Shown piece after piece: positions 19,341 to 29,166 of a stretch of 64,000 nucleotides of DNA. The stretch is taken from NCBI GenBank assembly GCA_020348925.1, contig CP070758.1, positions 2,681,688 through 2,745,687 on the forward strand, given 5' to 3'. The DNA comes from Gemmatimonadota bacterium. GTDB lineage: Bacteria > JBHIER01 > G020348925. Both the position numbers and the translations under genes were made by a program. The stretch's first letter is position 1, and the number at the start of each line of letters is the position of its first letter. Below the pieces are notes generated by a model. The model did no database searches. It was not told where the DNA came from and worked only from the letters and a program-made list of their open reading frames with translations.

Positions 19341-19740
19341 TACTCTTTGTTCCTGGCGAAACAGGACGCAGGCTATTGGGGTCGCATCTTTAAAGTTTAA
19401 TCTTCCCTCCCAGTTTTTTGATGGTAACGTCTCTAAGTTGATATGAAAGCCCTTCTTTTTCTTTGCTGGCAAAAGAAAAAGAAGCAAAAAGAAAGTCCAA
19501 CCCAAAGCCTTCGCCGGGACCATCTGCGGCTCGCTCCGCTGTTTTTCCGAAACTCGTTCCCGCTTATGCGGGAACTCAGACAGCCGGAAAAACCACACTC
19601 CGCTTGCCGGATGCTCCGGCGGCTCAGGCTTCAGGGTGTTGAAAAACGCCCTATTGGGATCGCCCTACTCTTTGTTCCTGGCGAAACAGGACGCAGGCTA
19701 TTGGGGTCGCATCTTTAAAGTTTAATCTTCCCTCCCAGTT
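19341..19740. repeat. 75-bp exact direct repeat (19341-19415, 19666-19740) bracketing a 250-bp structured insert
   Basis: TACTCTTTGTTCCTGGCGAAACAGG...GGGGTCGCATCTTT...CCCTCCCAGTT occurs twice. The interior has TTTCTTTGC..CAAAAGAAA..AAGCAAAAAGAAA and several hairpins. Confidence 0.85.
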
Positions 19741-19810
19741 CATGGACAGCCTTTTTCCGTTGTCCCCTGACCCCTCGGTCCCTCGAATCCTCGAACCCTT
19801 ATCTCGAAAC

Positions 19811-19858
19811 AAAAAACCCCCCTCTCACTCATTCGAAAACGAGCGAAACAGGGGTTTT
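19811..19858 (-). terminator. Intrinsic terminator-like hairpin in the leader of the fibre/scaffoldin operon
   Basis: rc AAAACCCC...GGGGTTTTTT stem followed by a U-tract. Confidence 0.5.
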
Positions 19859-20030
19859 ATCCTTTGAACGGAAAAGACGGAAAGAGGAACCATCCCTCCC
19901 TCTATGCTACAGGTTAGAAGACAAAAAATCTACGTTACCCAGCAGTTGTAAAGTCAAAGAACTATGGAAAGCATGGACACTATTTGAAAAAACGCTCCTC
20001 TACCTATTCTGGGTTTGATACTGGATCACA

Positions 20031-20059
20031 AGTATATACGATCTTTTGAAAAAAATCAA
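20031..20059 (-). promoter_or_regulatory. Sigma70-type promoter candidate for the 19101/16864 operon
   Basis: rc TTGATT-17 bp-TATACT in an AT-rich intergenic region. Confidence 0.5.
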
Positions 20060-20215
20060 GTAAATTTTTAGAAATTTTTAATACCAATTCCTTAAATAAT
20101 AATACCTTACTAAATTGCTTATGTATTGATAGTAGGTCCTGGAAAAGTGAAAAAGATCTTCGCTCTACCATTTTACAACATAACCTTCTCCCAATGACAG
20201 GCAGGATCTGCCAAC

Positions 20216-20250
20216 AAAAAAAGCCGCCGAGGGTTGACACTCCCGGCGTC
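20216..20250 (-). terminator. Intrinsic terminator of the 2259-aa gene
   Basis: rc GACGCCGGGAG...CCTCGGCGGC followed by T7, about 25 bp after the stop. Confidence 0.75.
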
Positions 20251-20273
20251 TTCTGGTTAAATGCCACAGGTCA

Positions 20274-23200
20274 CTATTTCATCAGCACCATCCGCCTGGT
20301 GGCCGTGAATTCGTTCGCCTCGATCCTAAAGAAGTAGACGCCACTGGCCACTTCATTACCCGAACCATCCTTGCCGTCCCAGGTGACAACGTAATACCCC
20401 GCCTCCTTTGATTCATCCACCAGCGTCCGCACCTCCTGCCCCAGCATGTTGAACACTTTCAGGGTGGTGTGGATGGGTGATCCTCCATCCGCTATCTGAT
20501 ATCTGATATCTGTGCTGGGGTTGAAGGGGTTCGGGTAGTTTTGAGCCAGGCTGTACTCACTTGGTAGCGGAACGATCCTGGCCGTGGCGGTCAGTACGGT
20601 CCCCTCATTCACCAGCGCTGAGACGTCCAGCACAGTATGTTTCAGCTCGGTAAAAGCGATCCTAACCTGGCCGAACTCCCTCTCACTGGCTATCGCCATC
20701 CGGAGTGCATCCCCCTCGACCAGCCACTCCACCACGGCTCCCTCAATCTCAATACCGACAGGACGAAGACTGGACACGTTCTTGAGAACCAGATCCGCAG
20801 CGCTGATCGACTCGGTAAAAGTGAGCGTGACAGATGACCCGCTGACGTCAATGTCAATCCCGCCTGTCACGGCCTTCGGTCCCGGCGGACCAGGCCAGTT
20901 CCTGGTCACATCACCAACCAGGACGGCGTAAAAATCCTGATCCATCACATCATCTTTGATCGAGACCGTACACCGCAGCGGCGGGAAGAAGAGCCACGTT
21001 CCGATTTTATTCTGGGGGATAAGAGGAGCAGGTGAATTTTGGGTGACAACATATTTCAACAATACCGACGCATCAAAGGCGCTGACCTCGCCGTCCCCGG
21101 TCACATCCGCCGCCGCCAACTGGCAGGAATCGAGTGTCACTGCTCCGACGATGCTTCGCAGGATGAAGGTGGCATCGTAGGATGTGACCGTCTGATACCC
21201 GATATCGCCGTCCTTCGATGGTGTGAGGCAATACTCCCCGGTCGAGCCGTAGAGATGATAGAAGACGTAATCGCCGCTGATATCGGTGGTATCCAGCTTC
21301 ACCTCATCAATGAGACCGTCGAGATCCTTGTCCCAGGTCAGGGTCATCTCCACATCTTCCAGGGCCACGCCTGTCGAACAGTACGCCACATGTCCGGCAA
21401 TCGCATGGCGGATAACGATAAAGATACCGTCTTCAGTGCAGGCTATGGGTGAGCCCTCGTTGAATTCCACACGCTCAATACAGAGATAGCTGCAGGCACC
21501 CTCCTCAGCCTCAGGGTTGATCCGGAAGCCGACGTACAGAATATCGTACCAGGTGCAGATGGGATCGGACTGGGGTAAGGGGTAATTGCCGGCCATGACG
21601 ATGGCGATTCTGCCATTCTCCTGGTCGACGTTGGAGTTCAACACCCCCCAGTCCTCGGTGATGAGCCCCTCATTTCCCACTTCGCCCACCGTCATCAGCT
21701 CCGGATCGTAGCACAACTCCAGAGAGACCGAGGTCACATCGAGATCAGCCAGCGGCTCGTAGTCCGGATGGATCCGCACCGGTATCTCGATCCAGCCCCC
21801 GGCGTGCCAGGAAGTGTCCGGCCAGGCCACCAGGATCTCGCAGTCCCTCACGACGATGGTCACAGAGAGGGTATCGTACAACGGCTGACCGGTGGTATGC
21901 GTGGACATGGCGATGAAATCGATGTCCAGCGTATCGCACCCGCCCAGCTTCGGCGGCTCCCAGCAGAACTCCAGGAAGGTTGACCCCCAACCCCGAGCCG
22001 TATCCTCCATGGCCCCGTCACACGGCTCAGGGTCCATCTCCGACCACAGGACGATGAAGTCGTTGTCCGCATCCGCGGCCACGATCTCAAAGCAGCTCTC
22101 ACTCAGTTCATGGAAATAGAGCGTATCCGGCACTGATGCGATGATTTGAGGCGGGCGGTTGACGATCACCAGCCCATGCCTGATGGTGAGGAGCAGTGAA
22201 CCCTCATCGAAGATGACATCCTCTATAGTAAGAAGGCCCGTATCGCCCGGGGTCGCTGCGGGATGGATATTGAAACCCAGATTGAACAGACACCCGCCGC
22301 AATTGATCCCCTCCGAGGCCTCACTTCCACCGATGAGCCAGAACTGCAGGGTGTCCTCAGCCCCGTCCTTGTAATGCCACGTCATATTCCAGCCAGAGGA
22401 ATCGAGACAGGAGTTCTCAAAGGTGATGGTCGAGTCGAACCGGATGACGGTCGTGTCAAAGGAGATCTCTCCGTACAGGGTATTGACGTACAGGCCGGTC
22501 AGGTCATCGGAAAACAGGCAGACAGTAAAGTGCGAGTCCGGCTTCTGGATGACCAGCGGCGGATCAATGCTCATGGTGATGGCCGGCTCGATCCCGCCCT
22601 CTTCAATAATGAGAAGAAAATCGTCACTGCGGATGAGGCTGTCCCCGGCCTCGCCGGTAACAGTAATCCAATACTCTCCCGGCAGGGCAGCTATTGATGA
22701 ATGGACGGTCAAGACGGCGTCGATCGATCCGTAGGGTAGAGGCGTGACGGGGTTGGGGAAGAAGCCGGATGTCACACCCTCCGGCAAGCCGGAAACGCTC
22801 AACGCCACCGCCTCATTGAAGCCGAGAAGAGACCGGACGGTGGCCGTGATCACTACGGCCCCGCGCCGGGACACAACCGCTGTGTCCTGGGCAACCGAAA
22901 GATCGAAGGAAGGCTCGCCGATCACCTTCAGGCTCACCTCATCGGTATGACGCAGCATGCCGGTCTCATCTGAGCCCTGGATTATGAGCGGATAGGGACC
23001 TGTCCCGGTCGTGGCTGAGGCCCGCACTGTCAGCGTTGCGTACGTTGTATCATTTGGCGGCGGGACGACGGGATTGGGATCGAAGTTCGCGATCAGGTCG
23101 CAGCACAGGTTGCAGACGCACAGGTGGACCGGCGCGCTGAACCCGCCGATGGAGATGACCATCACCGTAAAGGTCGCCGTCTCATCGTAGGCGATGTCCA

Positions 23201-26200
23201 TCATGTCCGCATTTCTTGCCATTGCGCCAGGCAGGATCACGACCTGCTCTGTCGGATACGCCACCACAATGAAATCGGGCTCTTCGCACGCATCACCTGT
23301 GCCGTTACCGTTCACATCCTCCTGACCGGGATTGGGCACTGCCGGACAGTTGTCCATATCACCGCAGATCCCGTCACCGTCCGCATCGTTATCAGGATCG
23401 CTGGGACAGGCGTCGCAGGCATCACCCAAACCGTCGCCGTCCGCATTCTCCTGCCCGGGATTGAAGATGGCCGGGCAGTTGTCCACGTCGCCGGGGATAC
23501 CATCCCCGTCGGCGTCGTTCTCAGGATCGTAGGGATAGGGATCGCAGACATCACCCATGCCGTCGCCGTCGGCATCTTCCTGGCCGGGGTTACTGTCGGC
23601 CAAACAGTTGTCGCAGGCATCCCCGGCTCCGTCCCCATCCCCATCGGCCTGATCCTCGTTGGTCACATCGGGGCAGTTGTCGCAACCATCGCCCCTGCTA
23701 TCACCATCACCGTTCTCCTGGCCGGGATTGGCTGCGGCCGGGCAGTTGTCGCAGACGTCCCCGACGCCGTCCCCGTCGCCGTCGGCCTGATCCTCGTTAT
23801 CGACCGCAGGGCAGTTGTCACAAACATCGCCGATACTGTCCCCGTCCCCGTCCTCCTGGCCCGGATTCGCTGTGGCCGGGCAGTTGTCCACGTCACCGCA
23901 GACGCCGTCGCCGTCACTATCGTTATCAGGATCAAGCGGACAACCATCACAGGCATCACCCAGGCCGTCGCTGTCCCCATCCTCCTGTCCGGGGTTGGCT
24001 GTGCCCGGGCAGTTATCCACATCACCGCAGAGGCCGTCGCCGTCAGCATCGTTATCCGGATCATTCGGACAGGCGTCGCAGGCATCACCCAGGCCGTCGC
24101 CGTCCCCATCCGACTGGGCCGGATTCGGTGTGGTTGGGCAATTATCCACGTCGCCGCACACGCCGTCACCATCGGCATCATTATCAGGATCGTTCGGACA
24201 GGCGTCGCAGGCATCGCCTATACCATCACCATCCCCATCCTCCTGATCGGGATTAGACGCTGCCGGACAGTTGTCGCAGGCGTCCCCGACGCCGTCCCCG
24301 TCTTCATCGGCCTGATCCTCGTTATCGACCCCAGGGCAGTTGTCACAAACATCACCGACGCCGTCGCCGTCACCGTCCGCCTGGCCGGGATTGGACACTG
24401 CCGGACAGTTGTCCACGTCGCCGCACATAGAGTCGCCGTCTATATCATTGTCAGGATCGTTGGGACAGACATCGCAGGCATCGCCCTGGCCGTCGCCGTC
24501 CGCATCCTCCTGACCGGGATTGGGTACAGCCGGGCAATTGTCCATATCGCCGCAGATCCCGTCACCGTCGCTATCATCATCAGGGTCATCGGGACAGACA
24601 TCGCACGCATCGCCCGCTCCATCGCCATCGCTGTCCTCCTGGCTGGGATTGAATACGTCCGGACAGTTGTCCACATCCCCGCAGGCACCGTCTCCGTCTC
24701 CATCGTTCTCAGGATCGTTGATGCAGACGTCGCAGACGTCGCCGATGCCGTCGCCGTCCTCGTCCGTCTGGGCCGGGTTGGATGCGACCGGACAATTGTC
24801 GACGTCACCGCAGACCCCGTCACCGTCAATATCGTTGTATGAATCATTGGGACAGCCGTCACAGACGTCGCCGATACCGTCGCCATCCCCATCCTCCTGT
24901 CCGGGGTTGGCTGTGGCCGGGCAGTTGTCCGCATCCCCACAGATGCCGTCTCCATCCTCATCATTGTCAGGATCATCCGGACAACCGTCACAGGCATTGC
25001 CCAGGCCATCACCATCGCTGTCCTCCTGCCCGGGGTTGGATACGGCCGGACAGTTGTCCACGTCACCACAAAAGCCGTCTCCGTCCCCATCGTTATCCGG
25101 ATCATTGGGACAGTCGTCACACGTATCACCTGTCCCATCTTTATCCCAGTCCTCCTGTCCGGAATTGGGTGTGGCCGGACAGTTGTCCGCGTCGCCGCAG
25201 ATCCCGTCACCGTCGATATCGTTATCAGGGTCGTCGGGACAGGTGTCACAGGCATCACCGAGCCCGTCCCCATCAGCATTCTCTTGGAAAGGATTGGGAT
25301 CGCCGGGACAGTTGTCCGCGTCGCCGCAGACTCCGTCACCGTCGATATCATTGTCAGGGTCGTCGGGACAGTCGTCACACGCATCGCCCGCTCCATCACC
25401 ATCGCCATCCTCCTGAAGCGGGTTGGGATCATCGGGGCAGTTGTCCACATCACCGCAGATCCCGTCTTCGTCACCATCGTTATCCGGATCGTTCGGACAG
25501 GAGTCACAGGCATCACCCATCCCATCCCCGTCCCAGTCCTCCTGCCCGGGATTGAATACGGCCGGACAGTTGTCCGCGTTGTCCGGAATGCCATCCCCGT
25601 CGCTGTCGATACTCCCACCCAGAGAACCGTTTTCGTATACCCTCTGGGCATAGATATCCCAATGAGCTCCCGAGCGAAAATCGTTCCAGGTGATAATGGC
25701 CCTGCCAGTCCCGTTCGTGACGATGGTGGGATCTTCCTGATATCTCGATGCGATGCAGATGGCGACCCCATCGGCCGTCCACAGGGGCGTGCCCCAGGCG
25801 TCCACACGCTGAGCGTAAATATCGCGGTAGGATGCGGCACGATCGTCCTCCCAGGCGATGACGGCCCCATTGGCCCCGTCTGAAGCAAGGACAGGGTGTC
25901 TCTGATCTCTCGAAGCCGTGCAGATGGGTACCCCGTCGGCCGTCCACAGGGGCATGCCCCAGGCGTCCACCCGCTGGGCATAGATGTCACTGGAAGTGCC
26001 GGAACGCTCGTCCCCCCAGGTGATGACGGCCCCGCCGGACCCGTCCGAAACGACGGTCGGATACCTTTGATCCTCAGGAGCCGTGCAGACGGCGGCACCG
26101 TCGGCCGTCCACAGGGGCGTGCCCCAGGCGTCCACACGCTGGACGTATATGTCACTGGACGTGCCGGATCGTTCGTCCCCCCAGGTGACGATGGCCCCGC

Positions 26201-27053
26201 CGGACCCGTCCGATATGATTGTGGGATTTTGTTGATTATTCAGGGCGGTACAGACGGCAATCCCGTCGGCTGTCCACAGGGGATTGCCCCAGGCGTCCAC
26301 CCGCCGGGCGTAGATATCGATATTGGATCCGGGCCGAACGTCCTCCCAGGTCATGATGGCCCCGCCTGATCCGTCCGATATGATTGTGGGGTTTTGTTGA
26401 TTATTCGGGGCGGTACAGACGGCCACCCCGTCGGCCGCCCACTGCGGCGTACCGAAACCGTCCACGCGCTGGGTATACATATCACTTGAAATACCGGAGC
26501 GCCAGTCCACCCAGGCGATAACGACCCCGCCGAACCCGTCGGGAATGATGGCGGGATCTTCCTGGTTTCGCTCTGCGGTGCAGACGGCCACCCCGTCGGC
26601 CACCCACAGGGGTGTGCCTGTGGCATTCACCCGCTGGGCGTAGATGTCAAAGTCCGATCCGGATCGTTTATCCTCCCAGGCGATGATGGCCCCTCCGGCT
26701 CCGTCCGGGACGATGACAGGAGTGGTCTGAGATTCCGAGGCAGTACAGACGGCGGCACCGCCGGCCGTCCACAGGGGGGTGCCTGAATCGTCCACCCGCT
26801 GGACGTAGATATCCGGGCCTGATCCGGAGCGCCTGTCCTCCCAGGCGGTGATGACTCCGCCGGCCCCATCGGAAATGCTGGCAGAAACGCCATATCTGCT
26901 GCCGTATACCGTAGAGAGACTCTGGCTGCCCGGTGCAGTGCAGAGAGGTGTGTTCACGGTGGGATCATCACTCCACTGCGCCGGGGCCGATGCGACAGCC
27001 ACAATCAGTATGACGGTAAAAGCGACACTCGATTTTTTGATGGATCTCATCAT
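20274..27053 (-). CDS. Giant scaffoldin-like secreted protein: 8 x 55-aa propeller repeats, long thrombospondin type-3 array, Ig-like domains, 2 cohesin-like domains, dockerin, CTD
   Basis: Signal peptide; 8 'DG.GGAI..W.D.RSG...DIY.QRV' repeats; ~770 aa of DNCP..NP.Q.D.DGDG.GDACD; the C-terminal ~1000 aa are collinear with 13466..16864; ends RRMVLMK. Confidence 0.85.
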   Translation of the reverse strand: MMRSIKKSSVAFTVILIVAVASAPAQWSDDPTVNTPLCTAPGSQSLSTVYGSRYGVSASISDGAGGVITAWEDRRSGSGPDIYVQRVDDSGTPLWTAGGAAVCTASESQTTPVIVPDGAGGAIIAWEDKRSGSDFDIYAQRVNATGTPLWVADGVAVCTAERNQEDPAIIPDGFGGVVIAWVDWRSGISSDMYTQRVDGFGTPQWAADGVAVCTAPNNQQNPTIISDGSGGAIMTWEDVRPGSNIDIYARRVDAWGNPLWTADGIAVCTALNNQQNPTIISDGSGGAIVTWGDERSGTSSDIYVQRVDAWGTPLWTADGAAVCTAPEDQRYPTVVSDGSGGAVITWGDERSGTSSDIYAQRVDAWGMPLWTADGVPICTASRDQRHPVLASDGANGAVIAWEDDRAASYRDIYAQRVDAWGTPLWTADGVAICIASRYQEDPTIVTNGTGRAIITWNDFRSGAHWDIYAQRVYENGSLGGSIDSDGDGIPDNADNCPAVFNPGQEDWDGDGMGDACDSCPNDPDNDGDEDGICGDVDNCPDDPNPLQEDGDGDGAGDACDDCPDDPDNDIDGDGVCGDADNCPGDPNPFQENADGDGLGDACDTCPDDPDNDIDGDGICGDADNCPATPNSGQEDWDKDGTGDTCDDCPNDPDNDGDGDGFCGDVDNCPAVSNPGQEDSDGDGLGNACDGCPDDPDNDEDGDGICGDADNCPATANPGQEDGDGDGIGDVCDGCPNDSYNDIDGDGVCGDVDNCPVASNPAQTDEDGDGIGDVCDVCINDPENDGDGDGACGDVDNCPDVFNPSQEDSDGDGAGDACDVCPDDPDDDSDGDGICGDMDNCPAVPNPGQEDADGDGQGDACDVCPNDPDNDIDGDSMCGDVDNCPAVSNPGQADGDGDGVGDVCDNCPGVDNEDQADEDGDGVGDACDNCPAASNPDQEDGDGDGIGDACDACPNDPDNDADGDGVCGDVDNCPTTPNPAQSDGDGDGLGDACDACPNDPDNDADGDGLCGDVDNCPGTANPGQEDGDSDGLGDACDGCPLDPDNDSDGDGVCGDVDNCPATANPGQEDGDGDSIGDVCDNCPAVDNEDQADGDGDGVGDVCDNCPAAANPGQENGDGDSRGDGCDNCPDVTNEDQADGDGDGAGDACDNCLADSNPGQEDADGDGMGDVCDPYPYDPENDADGDGIPGDVDNCPAIFNPGQENADGDGLGDACDACPSDPDNDADGDGICGDMDNCPAVPNPGQEDVNGNGTGDACEEPDFIVVAYPTEQVVILPGAMARNADMMDIAYDETATFTVMVISIGGFSAPVHLCVCNLCCDLIANFDPNPVVPPPNDTTYATLTVRASATTGTGPYPLIIQGSDETGMLRHTDEVSLKVIGEPSFDLSVAQDTAVVSRRGAVVITATVRSLLGFNEAVALSVSGLPEGVTSGFFPNPVTPLPYGSIDAVLTVHSSIAALPGEYWITVTGEAGDSLIRSDDFLLIIEEGGIEPAITMSIDPPLVIQKPDSHFTVCLFSDDLTGLYVNTLYGEISFDTTVIRFDSTITFENSCLDSSGWNMTWHYKDGAEDTLQFWLIGGSEASEGINCGGCLFNLGFNIHPAATPGDTGLLTIEDVIFDEGSLLLTIRHGLVIVNRPPQIIASVPDTLYFHELSESCFEIVAADADNDFIVLWSEMDPEPCDGAMEDTARGWGSTFLEFCWEPPKLGGCDTLDIDFIAMSTHTTGQPLYDTLSVTIVVRDCEILVAWPDTSWHAGGWIEIPVRIHPDYEPLADLDVTSVSLELCYDPELMTVGEVGNEGLITEDWGVLNSNVDQENGRIAIVMAGNYPLPQSDPICTWYDILYVGFRINPEAEEGACSYLCIERVEFNEGSPIACTEDGIFIVIRHAIAGHVAYCSTGVALEDVEMTLTWDKDLDGLIDEVKLDTTDISGDYVFYHLYGSTGEYCLTPSKDGDIGYQTVTSYDATFILRSIVGAVTLDSCQLAAADVTGDGEVSAFDASVLLKYVVTQNSPAPLIPQNKIGTWLFFPPLRCTVSIKDDVMDQDFYAVLVGDVTRNWPGPPGPKAVTGGIDIDVSGSSVTLTFTESISAADLVLKNVSSLRPVGIEIEGAVVEWLVEGDALRMAIASEREFGQVRIAFTELKHTVLDVSALVNEGTVLTATARIVPLPSEYSLAQNYPNPFNPSTDIRYQIADGGSPIHTTLKVFNMLGQEVRTLVDESKEAGYYVVTWDGKDGSGNEVASGVYFFRIEANEFTATRRMVLMK
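23285..25605 (-). repeat. Intragenic tandem array encoding TSP3 Ca-binding repeats (mostly ~129-bp units)
   Basis: Recurrent CAGTTGTC...CCGTCGCCGTC blocks; about 14 long units plus several short units. Confidence 0.85.
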
Positions 27054-27130
27054 CTCATTCTTTCGGAACTGTTTGGGGTCACATCTTTGATCTTTGATCT
27101 TCCCTCTGTTTTATCTCTGCTGTTTCGAAC

Positions 27131-27345
27131 ACCCCCTGTTGTCCCCCTTGATATGGGGGACGATACCCCCCTCAAACTCCACTTCACCTCGTGGTAGAAA
27201 CCAACTCAGAAGTCCCCCTTTCGTAAAGAGCCTGCCCTGCCTGCCCCGTGCTTAGTCCCGGGGAGCTTGTCGAAGGGGGGATTTAGGGGGATTTTTTCCT
27301 CCATTAAAGAATCTCCTCTCACTCCCCTTTAAAAAAGGGGAGAAT
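27131..27345. repeat. Cluster of TCCCCCTT-N-AAGGGGGA palindromic repeats with nested inserts
   Basis: Hairpins at 27141-27161, 27212-27292 and ~27315-27343; related copies at ~34950-35050, ~50474-50505 and ~53358-53392. Confidence 0.7.
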
Positions 27346-27436
27346 TATTTCTCAGCAACAACGACACATCACCGCACTCCGAAATCTCAGCATCCCTTGC
27401 ACTTTTGCACCCCTGCTCCTCTGCTTCTCAATTCAT

Positions 27437-28361
27437 TTATTTCATAAGCACCATCCTCTTCGTAGCCGTAAAATCTCCGGCCCTCAGCGTGCAGAAATAG
27501 ACTCCGCTGGCCACCTCACTGCCATTATCATTCTTACTATCCCAGGTGGCCGTGTAGTATCCCGCCTCCCGCTCCTCATCCACCAGGGTTCGCACCTCCT
27601 GGCCCAGCATATTGTAAATCTTCAGGGTGGTGTGGTTCCGGTCTCCGGTCTCCCGTCTCCGGTCTCCATCTGCGTCCGGCAGGGAGAATCGGATGTGGGT
27701 GGTGGGATTGAACGGATTCGGATAATTCTGACTCAAACTGTACGTCGTAGGCAGGACATCCGTCAGCTCGGCCGAGAGGACACCACCGGCGTTAAAGACG
27801 AGAGGCGCCCCCACAGAGCCGTGATCGGCGTCAACTTCGAAGGTCAATGTCTCAGAGACGGGCCGGATCACCTCGGCACTGGCATCGAAGGCCTCGAACT
27901 CGACCGTCTCGCCGGCCACCTCGTTGCTGTGGATCATGAGAAAGACGAGACTGCGATCGATGCCCGCTATATACTGCGGCCGGGCCACGCCCCGGCACTC
28001 GCCCTCCACAAAAGCGCCGATGACGTCCCCCTCGTCCCTCGACTCATTTTCGTTGACAGAAACAACACCGGTGACCGTCATGTTGTACTGATAGGCGTGG
28101 GGGTCCACGGACCAGTCAGGACCGTTCAGCATAATGTTCCGACCACCAACGACCTTCGTACCCCAGGCCATCACGTCGGCCGCTTTTGTATGAATATCGT
28201 GTTCAGAAGCGAATTCGTACCGCGCGATCGGGCTTGACAGCGGGTAGGAAAAGTAGTCAGAATCCGGTTTACTGAGGTAGAGCTTGTACCCGAGACCCGG
28301 CTCCATCATCTTCAGACTGCCGATCCATTTTCCGTCCGCTTCCACATACTGAGCGAATTCA
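27437..28361 (-). CDS. C-terminal fragment of a large secreted protein with FlgD-Ig/T9SS-type CTD (5' part lost in gap)
   Basis: W.GSL..MEPG.GY, 'YQYNMTVTG...IGAFVEGECRG', 'SQNYPNPFNP...SGVYFCTL...KRMVLMK'. Confidence 0.82.
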
Positions 28362-28461
28362 NNNNNNNNNNNNNNNNNNNNNNNNNNNNNNNNNNNNNNN
28401 NNNNNNNNNNNNNNNNNNNNNNNNNNNNNNNNNNNNNNNNNNNNNNNNNNNNNNNNNNNNN
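28362..28461. other. 100-N contig spacer
   Basis: Run of exactly 100 N. Confidence 0.95.
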
Positions 28462-28832
28462 AGATCAAAAAAACTCCCTTTGAAGAGGGAATGGCTGCTT
28501 ATAATGATGGGAATTTCTCAAAGGCTGTGGAGAAACTGTCCGAGGCAACCCAGGTCAAGCCGGAGTTCGGTGAGGCGTACTTTTATCTGGGTATCTCTTA
28601 CTTAATGATAGAAGATGAAGGGCGAGCTATTGATGCGCTGCAGAAGTCCGCAGTCCTCTTGAAGGGCTATCCTTTTGGTGAGCAGTCCAACTGGTATCTC
28701 GGCATGGCCTACCTCAAGCTCGGGAAGGGAGGGAAGGCCCTCAAGGAATTTCAACGGGTCGTCGATCTCGACGGGCCATATAAGGTGAATGCGGAGAGGA
28801 TGATCGAAAAAATAAAGAGCATAAACGAATAG
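28462..28832 (+). CDS. TPR protein, C-terminal fragment (frame open from the gap)
   Basis: EAYFYLGISYL and SNWYLGMAYLKLG TPR helices; the reading frame extends upstream to the gap. Confidence 0.75.
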
Positions 28833-29166
28833 TGTACTTTTATGAGTAAGGACGATTCCTATTGCTCCTTATATAATAAATGCAACACAGACTATTCTGA
28901 AACGCATGGTATATCTCACCTGGTGAGAGTAGCCCGTTCCTTTATCAATGCAAAGAGCAATAATACGTCGAAGCGGTGATTTAAAAAGCGATATGTTTAT
29001 CGGAGAAAAAAAGAAACGCTGTAAAATGTCTTACGCCGTGTGTTCAATGTTGCGCGTTTTTTCTATGAAACACACAACACATGACCCACAACACACAACT
29101 TTTGCGAGGCAAAGATGTGATTGTCTCTCCTTTGAATGAGCTCACGCTGTGCAAAGGAGGTGAGCT

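Noticed and set aside
23124-26155. Long alternative-frame ORFs (572, 571, 298 and 257 aa) over the TSP3 array
   Set aside because: Shadow frames of a GC-rich repetitive coding sequence, with low-complexity translations.
23285-26880. CRISPR-like periodicity in tandem repeats
   Set aside because: Units are in-frame coding repeats without constant repeat and unique spacer structure; no cas genes are present.
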